Part shown: positions 50,001 to 59,423 of the stretch, piece after piece
Numbering within the stretch: position 1 is the stretch's first letter
Layout of the letters: every line of letters begins with the position of its first letter
Source of the DNA: Thermodesulfobacteriota bacterium
Lineage (GTDB): Bacteria; Desulfobacterota; Desulfobaccia; Desulfobaccales; 0-14-0-80-60-11
Reading direction: 5' to 3'
Length of the DNA: 64,000 bases
Assembly (NCBI GenBank): GCA_049322355.1
Contig: JBMORG010000001.1
Coordinates: forward strand, 114,337 to 178,336
Notes under the pieces: generated by a model
What the model saw: only the letters and a program-made list of their open reading frames with translations
What the model was told of the DNA's origin: nothing
Database searches by the model: none
Made by a program: the position numbers and the translations under genes

Positions 50001-50729
50001 ATGAAGAAAAAAACCATCGTCCAAGTTCTTTTGGCAATGGTCCTGGTATTCGCTCTCAGCGGTTGCGGTACCGTCAAGGGCTGGTTCTCCAAAAAGAAAC
50101 CCGATCAGCCCCCGGAAGTATTAGCCGAGGAAGGGATCAAAAATTTAAAGAAGAAGAAATATGATGATGCCATCGAAACCTTTGAAAAAGTGAGGGACCG
50201 TTACCCTTACAGTGAGCATGCCACCCTGGCCCAGCTCAAAGTGGCGGACGCTTATTTCTTCAAGAAGAAGTATGACGAAGCCTTCCAGGCGTACCGGGAA
50301 TTCGAAAAACTGCATCCCACCAATAAAGCCGTAGCTTACTGCATTTACCGGGAAGGGCAATGTTTCTACCGCCAGCGGTCCACCATTGACCGGGACCAGA
50401 CTTTTACTCAAAAGGCTATAGATGAGTTCAAGCGGTTAAAACAGAAGTTCCCCGATTCCGAATATATCCCCAAGGCCGATGCTTATCTGGCCCGTTGCCG
50501 CAGGGACCTGGCGGAACATGAATTTTATGTAGCGGAGTTCTATTATAAGACGAAGCGCTACCAAGCCGCCATTGAGCGTTATCAAACCTTATTGCAGGAT
50601 TACCCCGAGTTTCCCAAAACTGCGGAAGCCAAGCAGCGCCTCGAAGAGTGTCAGACCCTCGCGGCCAACCAGGACAAGCCCCAAGGCATCCTCTCCAAGG
50701 TGGGCAGTATTTTCGACGCCAGATGGTGA
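50001..50729 (+). CDS. bamD: outer membrane protein assembly factor BamD
   Basis: Lipoprotein signal LVFALSGC. TPR-like repeats (YDDAIETFEKVRDRYPYSEHATLAQLKVADAYFFKKKYDEA...). Typical YfiO/BamD length. Confidence 0.85.
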   Translation: MKKKTIVQVLLAMVLVFALSGCGTVKGWFSKKKPDQPPEVLAEEGIKNLKKKKYDDAIETFEKVRDRYPYSEHATLAQLKVADAYFFKKKYDEAFQAYREFEKLHPTNKAVAYCIYREGQCFYRQRSTIDRDQTFTQKAIDEFKRLKQKFPDSEYIPKADAYLARCRRDLAEHEFYVAEFYYKTKRYQAAIERYQTLLQDYPEFPKTAEAKQRLEECQTLAANQDKPQGILSKVGSIFDARW

Positions 50730-50748
50730 TGATTACCAGCGGCAGTTA

Positions 50749-50783
50749 AAAACCCCTCGGCCCGGCTCCCGAGGGGTTTTTTA
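50749..50783. terminator. bidirectional terminator between convergent bamD and the baeRF-like gene
   Basis: aaaaa-cccctcgg-cccggctc-ccgagggg-tttttt, with an A-run and a T-run flanking an 8-bp GC stem. Confidence 0.8.
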
Positions 50784-50818
50784 TTTCAGGATATTTTAGG
50801 ACCTTTCGGCCGCAGCGC

Positions 50819-51970
50819 TTAATAACGAAAGACGGCAGTGAGCAGGGCGGTGCCCGGCACTGCGGCGGGCTCCACAGCGTAGACTGTACCGCCGTGCAGC
50901 AAGGTTTGAGTGGCGGCCAGGTCCAGGAGATCGAAGCTGCCGGGCTGGGGCGCCGAATGGAGGTCCACCCGATTGGCTCCCGGGTCGTAGTCTCCCCATT
51001 GTTGGCGGCCCACGGCCACAAAGAGGAACTCCACCCGGCCGTGATAAGCTGCAGGCACAATCTCCCCGGCATCATGGGAGGTTCTGCCGGTGCCTGCCAG
51101 TTGCCGGTAGCGGGCCGCGGCCTGCTCTTGCTCCCGCTTAAAGTAAGGCTCCACCAGGTCCCAGGCCTGCCGGTGCAGGTCTTCGGGATTCACCCCTTCA
51201 GGGTTGCCGGTTACCCCACCGTTCAGCAAATGCTGGTAAGTATTGATTTCCTTGTAGATGGGCAGGAGGTACTCCACTCCGGCCAGCACCAGGGGCGCCT
51301 GGGCCTCCCGGAGCAAGTCACGCAATCCCTGGTCAATCTGGCGGAAATACCTTTGAATCCGTTCTTTGGCATCAGCCACATCCTGGCCGTGAAACATGGC
51401 GGCCCGCTCTCCTCTGGCGCCCCCTGCCCCGATGCCGGTGCGGAACTGCAGCTGTTTGATCAATTCCTCGTATTTCAGGGCGTCGGCCAGACTTTTGGGC
51501 ACCCCCTCCACATCGTCGATGGCGCTTAAACCAAAGCGGGAACCCTCGAAGAGCCTGACGGCGTTCTGGCTCAGGGCCAGGAGGAAGAACTCGTTGCCGC
51601 CCAGGAAGGTCAAGAGCGGCTTAACGTGAAAACGGTGCGCCACCACCACCAGGGGGTCAAAGGAGGTGGGCATCTGGTATAGCCGGAACATGGCGGGAGA
51701 GATGAACAAGGCCAGCCCGTCCCGTTTTTCTCTCCAGAAAGGGAGGGCCCCCAACAGCCTGGAGGCCGGTTCCAGGAGCGACTCCGCTTCCGCCGAGCGC
51801 AGGCCATAGGCCTGAAGGGATTCCTGGGCTTGACGGATCAAATTCTTCAATCGGGTGCGATCTTGTTGATTTTCCGTGGGAACCCGGTGAGTGGGCATGT
51901 AGATGGACACGCACGGCCCCAGGGGCGACTCGGTGAGAGTTCTCAACTCATCTCTGGTAAATATTTTCAT
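50819..51970 (-). CDS. eRF1-like 'baeRF' family protein (bacterial archaeo-eukaryotic release-factor-like), function unknown
   Basis: 383 aa. The N-terminus CVSIYMPTHRVPTENQQDRTRLKNL and the overall layout match my memory of baeRF-family proteins. GGAGGAGG RBS. The assignment is recollection-based, not searched. Confidence 0.45.
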   Translation of the reverse strand: MKIFTRDELRTLTESPLGPCVSIYMPTHRVPTENQQDRTRLKNLIRQAQESLQAYGLRSAEAESLLEPASRLLGALPFWREKRDGLALFISPAMFRLYQMPTSFDPLVVVAHRFHVKPLLTFLGGNEFFLLALSQNAVRLFEGSRFGLSAIDDVEGVPKSLADALKYEELIKQLQFRTGIGAGGARGERAAMFHGQDVADAKERIQRYFRQIDQGLRDLLREAQAPLVLAGVEYLLPIYKEINTYQHLLNGGVTGNPEGVNPEDLHRQAWDLVEPYFKREQEQAAARYRQLAGTGRTSHDAGEIVPAAYHGRVEFLFVAVGRQQWGDYDPGANRVDLHSAPQPGSFDLLDLAATQTLLHGGTVYAVEPAAVPGTALLTAVFRY

Positions 51971-52183
51971 AATCCGCCTCCTCCTATGTCTTCAGGGATT
52001 TAAGGAAGTTCAAAGGAGGGTAAACCTCCTGGCGGGGAAAGAAAAACGTATAGGCTATGCGGCATGCGCCTTGCCATCCCAGGCAGAGCCGGTGCCTTGA
52101 TTAACCTTAAAGGCCGGTACTCCCCCCTCTCCTGAACCAGAAAAGGGGGGATGACAGGTGCGCATCGAGCCCGGGCATTTAGC

Positions 52184-53179
52184 TCACGCGGCTCCAGCCA
52201 GCCGCAGGACTTCCCTGACCATCTGGTTGGTATAGCCCCATTCGTTGTCGTACCAGCTCATGACCTTCACCATGTCGCCATCTACCACCTGGGTCATGCT
52301 GGGGTCGAAAATGGACGCATGGGGGTTCATGATGATATCGGACGATACGATCTCATCTTGGGCGTATTCCACGATTCCTTTGTAGCGGCCCTCGGCCTCT
52401 TCCTTAAAGACCCGGTTGATCTCTTCCACCGTGGTGGGCCGTTCGGTCAGGAACACCAGGTCCGCCAAAGAGCCGCAGGGCACAGGACAGCGCACCCCGG
52501 TGCCGTCGAACTTACCCTTATATTGAGGCAGAACATTGGTGGTGGCCACGGCGGCGCCGGTGGAGGTGGGTACCAGGTTGGCCGCGCCGGCCCGGCCGCG
52601 CCGCCATTTCTTGGCTGGGCCGTCCACTATGGCTTGGGAAGAGGTATAGGCGTGAATGGTGGTCATCATGGCCTTTTTGATCCCGATCCTCCGTCCCATG
52701 ATCTCCACCACCGGGGTGATGCAATTGGTGGTGCAGGAGGCACAGGAAATGGCGCGGTCCTCGGTCCCCGGCTGGGTGACGCCGTGGACGATGCAACAGA
52801 CCTCGCCTCCCTTGGGCGGCGCCGACAAGATGGCATAATTAGCTCCGGCGGCTATATGTTTGCTCAAGCCTTCCGAGGAGGTAAACAGCCCGGTACACTC
52901 CATAACAATCTCTACCCCCAGGTCTTTCCAGGGAAGTTGCCCCGGATCCTTGACACTTAAATATTTTATAGACTTGCCGGCGACCGAAAGATGGTCGCCA
53001 CTGGCGGAAACCCGATGCTTATATATTCCATACACCGTGTCGTAATTCAACAAGTAGACCAGGTTACCCAGGTCCATGAGGTCGTTGACCGCCACCAACT
53101 CCAATTCGGGTTTGTCCATAATGACTTTTAAGGCTGCCCGGCCAATCCGTCCCATGCCGTTAATTGCCACTTTAGTCAT
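52184..53179 (-). CDS. gap: type I glyceraldehyde-3-phosphate dehydrogenase
   Basis: Trimmed to the ATG at comp. 53177-53179 (GAGGAGG RBS). MTKVAINGMGRIGR, ASCTTNCITP (catalytic Cys), WYDNEWGY. Confidence 0.93.
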   Translation of the reverse strand: MTKVAINGMGRIGRAALKVIMDKPELELVAVNDLMDLGNLVYLLNYDTVYGIYKHRVSASGDHLSVAGKSIKYLSVKDPGQLPWKDLGVEIVMECTGLFTSSEGLSKHIAAGANYAILSAPPKGGEVCCIVHGVTQPGTEDRAISCASCTTNCITPVVEIMGRRIGIKKAMMTTIHAYTSSQAIVDGPAKKWRRGRAGAANLVPTSTGAAVATTNVLPQYKGKFDGTGVRCPVPCGSLADLVFLTERPTTVEEINRVFKEEAEGRYKGIVEYAQDEIVSSDIIMNPHASIFDPSMTQVVDGDMVKVMSWYDNEWGYTNQMVREVLRLAGAA

Positions 53180-53255
53180 AACCAGCCTCCTCAACAATAT
53201 TCATAATGGCTCATTATATTCACAAGTTTTGATGATACGCAAATGAGCTTTTTGA

Positions 53256-53723
53256 TTATTTTTGTTCCAAGGGCGCCGTGATAGTCAACACTGGGCAAGA
53301 AGCGTGGCGGACCACCTTTTCGGCCACAGACCCGAATATCAGCCGGCGCCAGCCCGTCTTCCCGTGAGAGGCTATGACAATAAGGTCCACGTGTTCCGCG
53401 GCGGCAATCCCCAGGATTTCCGAAGCAGCCTCTCCCGTGGTCACCAGGTCCCTGGTCCGCACTTCAGACGACACCTGATGGGAGACCAATTCTTTAAGGA
53501 GATTTTCCGCATAAATGGCCAGCTCTTGCTGATACAAAGGTACGTCAAAACTGGAAGCCACCGGCGGGTCGGCGTAGGCATGAGGGCCCGGCACCTCGGG
53601 AATGGCATGGGCTATGATTAATTCTGCTGAAAAATGTCTGGCCAGTTCCTCGGCGGATTTTAAAGCAACCAGAGCCGGATCGCTAAAGTCGGTGGGGCAG
53701 AGAATTCGCCTAAAAGGCAACAT
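53256..53723 (-). CDS. universal stress protein (UspA family)
   Basis: Trimmed to the ATG at comp. 53721-53723: MLPFRRILCPTDFSDPA..., ADLIVIASHGKTGWRRLIFGSVAEKVVRHASCPVLT. Confidence 0.85.
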   Translation of the reverse strand: MLPFRRILCPTDFSDPALVALKSAEELARHFSAELIIAHAIPEVPGPHAYADPPVASSFDVPLYQQELAIYAENLLKELVSHQVSSEVRTRDLVTTGEAASEILGIAAAEHVDLIVIASHGKTGWRRLIFGSVAEKVVRHASCPVLTITAPLEQK

Positions 53724-53992
53724 TGACAAGCATTTCCCCCTGAGCGTTTTACTCAATTTAACCACCCTGGGGGACAGTTGCAAGGTCTTATTATCCATAA
53801 ATATTTCGGCAAACCTTTAACTCTGGGAATCGTGGTTCCCCCAGGGGTTACTGTCTGCCCGCCCTTCCTTGCAATAAGGGGTAACAGGAAAATATGCGAA
53901 TTTCTTATGGTGACAGTTGCCAAAGCTGGTAGGTAACCCTAGCTTATTAAAATAAGGAATGTAGGACCGATTATTAGCGGGAGGGGTCGCTG

Positions 53993-55582
53993 ATGCCCAA
54001 GGAATCTATAGTTTTCAAGGCCCACGAGCTTCAGGATGGCGACATGCGGGAAGTGGTCGTGGGGAAAACCAAGGTATTGGTGGTCCGTATTAAAGGGCGA
54101 TTTTATGCCATTGGGGCGGAATGCACTCATTATGGCGGTCCCTTAATCGACGGCGCCTTGAACGGGCACCGGATAGTCTGTCCCTGGCATCAAGCTGTTT
54201 TCAATGTGATGAACGGCAACCAGGAGGAACCTCCGGCCCTGGATGCCCAGCCGTGTTACGAGGTGCGGGTGGAGGAAGGTGATGTCATTGTCACGGTGCC
54301 TGATATTGCGGAAAGCCGGCGTACGCCTTATATGGTGCGGCGTGACCCTGCCGACGGTCGCACCTTTGTGATTCTGGGGGCCGGGGCCGCGGGCAGTGTC
54401 GCCGCGGAAACCCTGAGGCAGGATGGTTTTGTCGGCCGTGTCGTGATGATCACCGGGGAGCAGCGCCTGCCTTACGACCGCCCCAACCTGAGCAAAGGCT
54501 ACCTGAGCGGGGAAGCCGGCCCCGATACCCTGCCCTGGAGGACTCCGGAGTTTTACCGGGAACACGATATCGAGGCGATTTTGGGGCGGCCCGTTGCCCG
54601 GGTGGAGCACCCACGGAAAACCCTCACCTTTGAAGACGGCGGCTCCATGTCGTATGATGCCCTGCTCCTGGCCACCGGCGGCGTGCCCCGTCCCCTGGAA
54701 ATACCCGGAGCAGGCCTGGCCAAGGTCTTCACCCTCAGGAGCGCCGAGGATGCCGATGCCATCATTGAAGCCGCAGGCCAGGCAGCTCGGGTGGTGGTCA
54801 TCGGGACTGGCTTCATTGCCATGGAAGCGGCGGCCGCCCTCACCAAGCGCGGTCTGGCTGTGACCGTGGTGGGTTCCCGGCCCGTGCCTTTGGAAAGGCA
54901 ATTGGGACCGGAGATAGGCGGGATGCTTAAGGAAGTCCATAAAGAACAGGGTGTCGCTTTTCGCCTGGGCCGGACTCCCATACGTCTGGAGGGTGCCAGC
55001 CAGGTGGAAACTGTGGTCCTGGAGGACGGGGAAGTCCTGCCTGCCGATTTAGTGGTGGTGGGCTTGGGGATTAAGCCAGCCACCGGGATGCTCCGGGGCA
55101 TCAAACTCAACGCCGACGACAGTGTTACCGTGGACCGGCATATGCGGGTCGCCGAGGGCTTGTATGCCGCCGGGGATGTGGCTCGGTTTCCGGATTGGCG
55201 GGACGGCACGCTCATACGCATCGAGCATTGGCGGCTGGCCCAACAGCATGGCCGGGTGGCGGCCCACAACCTGGCAGGCCAATGGGTGGAGTATGCCGGG
55301 GTGCCGTTTTTCTGGAGCGAACAGTTCGATCTCTTCCTCCAGTACGTGGGCTACGCCTCGAGTTGGGATGAAATAACTATTCATGGCGAGTTAAAGACGC
55401 GCAACTTCCTGGCCTACTATATGAAAGGCCCCCGGGTGCTTGCCGCGGCGGGGCTCCAACACGACCGCCAACTGGCGGCCCTGGCGGAATTAATGCGTCT
55501 GGACCGGTTGCCCTCAGCGGAAGAAGTGCGTCGGGCCCCGGGGTTTGATCCAGTGGCGCATCTAAAAACCCTGCAAAGTTGA
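53993..55582 (+). CDS. Rieske [2Fe-2S] domain fused to FAD-dependent pyridine nucleotide-disulfide oxidoreductase
   Basis: N-terminal CTHYGGPL...CPWHQAVF (Rieske ligands), then FVILGAGAAGSVAAE, VVVIGTGFIAMEAA and YAAGDVA (ferredoxin-reductase / AIF-like). Confidence 0.85.
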   Translation: MPKESIVFKAHELQDGDMREVVVGKTKVLVVRIKGRFYAIGAECTHYGGPLIDGALNGHRIVCPWHQAVFNVMNGNQEEPPALDAQPCYEVRVEEGDVIVTVPDIAESRRTPYMVRRDPADGRTFVILGAGAAGSVAAETLRQDGFVGRVVMITGEQRLPYDRPNLSKGYLSGEAGPDTLPWRTPEFYREHDIEAILGRPVARVEHPRKTLTFEDGGSMSYDALLLATGGVPRPLEIPGAGLAKVFTLRSAEDADAIIEAAGQAARVVVIGTGFIAMEAAAALTKRGLAVTVVGSRPVPLERQLGPEIGGMLKEVHKEQGVAFRLGRTPIRLEGASQVETVVLEDGEVLPADLVVVGLGIKPATGMLRGIKLNADDSVTVDRHMRVAEGLYAAGDVARFPDWRDGTLIRIEHWRLAQQHGRVAAHNLAGQWVEYAGVPFFWSEQFDLFLQYVGYASSWDEITIHGELKTRNFLAYYMKGPRVLAAAGLQHDRQLAALAELMRLDRLPSAEEVRRAPGFDPVAHLKTLQS

Positions 55583-55614
55583 GATATGAGGTGGATAAGG
55601 CAAGGTGGTCGCGA

Positions 55615-58398
55615 CTATGAGGCTGCCGCGGATTTTTCGTTGGCAGTTCTAGAGGTCAGGCCGAGAATTTCCGCCACATGGTGGGACAGAGCGTCAATTC
55701 GATAGGGTTTTTGAATGAACCCCTGGGCGCCGGCTCCCATGACTTTTTGGGCCTCGCCGTTCAGGGAATAGCCGCTGGACAGCAGCACCTTGACCTTCGG
55801 GTTGAAGGCTTTCACCTCTTGGAAAAATTCCGCTCCCCCCATGCCGGGCATGATCATATCCAGGATTATCAGATCAATGCGGGGTTGCTCGCGGCGGTAG
55901 ATTTCCAGGCCCTCATCCCCGTTTGAGGCCACCAGGACGCGGTACCCCAACTGCTCCAACATTCTCCGGGCCACCATCCTGACGCTATCCTCATCGTCCA
56001 CCAGGAGCAGGGTCCCGGTCCCCCTCACGAACCTTTCATCTCCGGATTTTTCGGCAATCACCAGTTTTTCGGAAACCGGCAAAAAGATGTGGAAAGTGGA
56101 TCCTTGGCCCGGTTTGCTCTCCACCTTGATGATACCCCGGTGTTGCTGGATAATGGCATAAACCGTGGCCAGCCCTAAACCCAGTCCTTTGCCGATGTCT
56201 TTGGTGGTGAAAAACGGTTCAAAGATTCGAGCTGTGGTGATCTCATCCATGCCGGTACCGGTATCAGTCAGGCTGAAGTGAATATAGCGGCCGGGAGGAC
56301 GGTTGTGGGCCTCACAAAAGGCCTTGGAGAGGGTCACCTCACGGCTCACCAGGGTCATTTCCCCTTTCCGGGACATGGCATGCCAGGCGTTAACGAACAG
56401 ATTGAGGATCACCTGTTCCATCTGACTCCGGTCAACTTCCACCGGCGGCAGATTTGGCGCCAGCTTCTTCGTAATGAGGATATCGCTCCGGGTCCGGCAA
56501 AAGAGATTGGAGGCCTTATCCAGGATATTGTTGAGATCAAGGGGTTTGGGGGAGAAATGGCCGCCCCGCCCCAAGGACAACAACTGTTTGGTGAGCGCGG
56601 AGCCTTTCACCACTTCTTGCTCGATAAGCTTAAGATCGTCATAAGCCGGATTGTCGGAGTCAGTTGAAGCTAGGATCAAACTGGCCAGCCCCATAATATT
56701 CATGAGCAGATTATTAAAATTGTGGGCAATCCCACCGGCCAGGGTACCGATGGCCTCCATTTTCTGGTGTTGCCAGATCTGCTTTTCCATCGCCTTTTTT
56801 TCGCTGATATCGCTGAACATGGCGAAGGTTCCCAGACACCGGCCATTTTCCATGAGGGGAACAGAGCTCATGATTACCGCGACCGGGCCGCGTTTTTTGG
56901 AACAAATCTCCAATTCCTTTTGCACTACTTTGCCATCCCGGTTTTGAGCCAGAATCTTTTTGACGGTTCGCTGGTTTTCGGCATCCCAGAAATCCGCCAG
57001 GTTTTTACCCGCCAAAACCACCTCATCCGTGATTTCATGCATGCGCCGGTTGGCGAATTTAATGGTGCCGTCAAGTTCCACTATCCAGATGCCCTCGTGG
57101 GCGTTTTCCACCAATCCTCGGTACTGGCGCTCCGAGGCTTCCAACTGGCCGTAAAGTTTAGCGTTTTCCAGGGCGATGGCCAGTTGGTTGGCAAAGCTGG
57201 TGATGAACTCCTGATCCACATCGTTAATGGTGCCCCGACGTTTAACCCCGGCCAGCAGAACGCCGATAATCTTGTGTCGAATGGTTAAGGGCACAGCCAG
57301 ACCAGCCGGGAAATTCAAGAGGGTCAGCAAGGCATCGGATCGCTGGGAAACCGCCGGGGTTTTCTCAGAAAACACTGCCGGGTTGCCATCCAACGCTACT
57401 CGGGCGACGAGTTGATCATGCTCCAGCAGGGAAATCTGCCGCCCTTGCACCCGTTCCAGCAGTTCCGGATCAAGGCCGATGGCCCCCCCCACGCGAAGCA
57501 TCATCTGTTTTTCGTCCAGAAGGAAGATCACTGCCTGGTCCAGTTTGGCGAATTGCATAAGGAGCTTCAAACTGGTGGGGATAATGTCTTCAGGCCGCTG
57601 TAAGGACAGGGCTGCATTACTGGCATGATACAGGCAGAGGAGATGATCGACTTTTTCCCGCAATTGCAGGTTTAAGGTATGAATTTCGTTGAATTTATTT
57701 TTCAGGAGTTCCTTGTCTTGTTCCAGTTCCTCTATGGTGGATTTGAGCAAGGACCAAGGTACCAGCATTCGCAGCAAGGATTCCCGGAAGAAGGATTTCT
57801 TTTCCCATTTCAAATGGTATTCGCAATAATCGTCTCCTGCGAAACAACACCGGGTTTCCACCACCTGGGCCGGCGGCAGGTTCCAGATTGTAGGAATGCC
57901 GGAGTAAATACCCTGGTTGAATTTGCAGAAATCATCGATGGCGGGAATGTCAGGGAGCCAATGCAGTCTGATGACTGCCTGGTCCCGGGTGGTCTCTACC
58001 AGCTCAACGGTTTTATTTTTATTAAACTTGTCATTGATGGCCTGTACGCGTCTCAGAGTACGGCGGGGATTCTTATATGCAAACATGATTATCCGCTGCA
58101 CATAACCCAGCTTTTTGCGGGCCGCGGATTGAAAACCGATATCAAAGGCGACGTCCGGGTTCCCGGTTATCCGCCTGGCATTGTCAAACATTTGGATCAT
58201 GACCGCACTGGAGACCCAGTTATTGATCTCCATGAGAAATGCCTTGGGGTCGGAAAGGTCTGCAATTTCCGGGCCGAGCCCTTCCAATAAGTCAGGAACT
58301 GCTTCGGGGAAACGTTCTTCGAAATACTCGATAATGGCCCGGCTGTTGATGCAGCTATGATGCTTTTCCACGGTTTGTGCCGGCCTGTTCTCAGTCAT
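55615..58398 (-). CDS. hybrid sensor histidine kinase / response regulator with N-terminal Cys-rich sensor, GAF and PAS domains
   Basis: 927 aa. The N-terminal ~200 aa end in ETRCCFAGDDYCEYHL (V4R-like GDxxC pattern, tentative). GAF-like and PAS-like regions follow, then H-box IAHNFNNLL, GLGLGLATVY, and a C-terminal receiver LLVDDEDSVR...DLIILDMIMPGMGG. Confidence 0.88.
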   Translation of the reverse strand: MTENRPAQTVEKHHSCINSRAIIEYFEERFPEAVPDLLEGLGPEIADLSDPKAFLMEINNWVSSAVMIQMFDNARRITGNPDVAFDIGFQSAARKKLGYVQRIIMFAYKNPRRTLRRVQAINDKFNKNKTVELVETTRDQAVIRLHWLPDIPAIDDFCKFNQGIYSGIPTIWNLPPAQVVETRCCFAGDDYCEYHLKWEKKSFFRESLLRMLVPWSLLKSTIEELEQDKELLKNKFNEIHTLNLQLREKVDHLLCLYHASNAALSLQRPEDIIPTSLKLLMQFAKLDQAVIFLLDEKQMMLRVGGAIGLDPELLERVQGRQISLLEHDQLVARVALDGNPAVFSEKTPAVSQRSDALLTLLNFPAGLAVPLTIRHKIIGVLLAGVKRRGTINDVDQEFITSFANQLAIALENAKLYGQLEASERQYRGLVENAHEGIWIVELDGTIKFANRRMHEITDEVVLAGKNLADFWDAENQRTVKKILAQNRDGKVVQKELEICSKKRGPVAVIMSSVPLMENGRCLGTFAMFSDISEKKAMEKQIWQHQKMEAIGTLAGGIAHNFNNLLMNIMGLASLILASTDSDNPAYDDLKLIEQEVVKGSALTKQLLSLGRGGHFSPKPLDLNNILDKASNLFCRTRSDILITKKLAPNLPPVEVDRSQMEQVILNLFVNAWHAMSRKGEMTLVSREVTLSKAFCEAHNRPPGRYIHFSLTDTGTGMDEITTARIFEPFFTTKDIGKGLGLGLATVYAIIQQHRGIIKVESKPGQGSTFHIFLPVSEKLVIAEKSGDERFVRGTGTLLLVDDEDSVRMVARRMLEQLGYRVLVASNGDEGLEIYRREQPRIDLIILDMIMPGMGGAEFFQEVKAFNPKVKVLLSSGYSLNGEAQKVMGAGAQGFIQKPYRIDALSHHVAEILGLTSRTANEKSAAAS

Positions 58399-58564
58399 GC
58401 AGCACTCCAGGCCCCCTCAAACGGAGGAGCGCAGTGGCATTGAATTCACATTAACCGGACTCGATCTTAAATCCATTTTTATCCATCTTAGATAATAAAA
58501 TAAAAGCTCCTGAATAACGAGCAAAATTGATTAATTTTTAAATGATATGTCATAAAAAAAATCA

Positions 58565-58591
58565 TTGACTAGATAATCAATATATTATAAT
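58565..58591 (+). promoter_or_regulatory. sigma70-like promoter candidate for hdrCB-hdrL
   Basis: TTGACT (58565-58570) and TATAAT (58586-58591; 15-nt spacer, or TAATAT with 17 nt), within a 380-nt AT-rich divergent intergenic region. Confidence 0.45.
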
Positions 58592-58778
58592 ATATAAATA
58601 ATTAAATATAACCTGGGGATTGATTTCTGTAAGAAAATCCCTGACAATAAAATCAGTGATTATCGGCTTGCCTACCTGCGCCAGCCGAGGTAGTTTTTGA
58701 ATTATGGTGAAATAGACTGTGTGCCCGGTCATGAAAAAAATCTTGGGCTTGCCTTAATTTAGGTTCCGGCTTTTTTTC

Positions 58779-59423
58779 ATGGTTGGGAAAACAGAATTTG
58801 AACTCTCTTTAACGGATTGGGCAACAATTATGCCATCTGCCTTTCAAGAAACGCTGGAGCCTTCGGGTGCCTTAGCCGAAAGGCTGGCAGGGCTGACCAA
58901 TGTCTCGACCTGCTACCAGTGTAAAAAGTGTTCCAGCGGCTGTCCCCTGACCTTCGCCATGGATTTCTACCCGGACCAAGTTATCCGGCTGGCACTGTTG
59001 GGTCAGGAAGCCCAGGTGTTGGGCTGCCGGACCATCTGGGTCTGCTCTTCCTGTGAAACCTGCACCACCCGCTGCCCCAATAACATTGATATCGCGGGGG
59101 TCATGGATTGGCTCAAGGAAGCAGCCCTTCGGCAGGGATTCTCTTCTCCCCAACCAGCGGTCACCCGCTTCCACCAGACCTTTCTGGACACGGTGCGTCT
59201 GTCCGGCGGACGCTTGTCGGAACCAGTGCTCCTGGGCCTCTACCAATGGCGGCGCGGGGGAACTCTCCATAAGCTCAAGTCCGGCGATTTGGTGGAGGAT
59301 CTTAAAATGGCCTGGGAACTGGCCCGGCGCCGCCGGCTGATGCCCAAGCTGCCCCACCGGTTAAAGGGCGTCAAGGAAATCAAGGACATCTTCAAAAAAA
59401 CCCGGACACAGGAAAAGCCGTGA
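58779..59423 (+). CDS. hdrC: heterodisulfide reductase subunit C-like
   Basis: Two ferredoxin-type motifs, CYQCKKCSSGCP and CSSCETCTTRCP. Overlaps hdrB (GTGA). The ATG at 58830 is an alternative start. Confidence 0.82.
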   Translation: MVGKTEFELSLTDWATIMPSAFQETLEPSGALAERLAGLTNVSTCYQCKKCSSGCPLTFAMDFYPDQVIRLALLGQEAQVLGCRTIWVCSSCETCTTRCPNNIDIAGVMDWLKEAALRQGFSSPQPAVTRFHQTFLDTVRLSGGRLSEPVLLGLYQWRRGGTLHKLKSGDLVEDLKMAWELARRRRLMPKLPHRLKGVKEIKDIFKKTRTQEKP

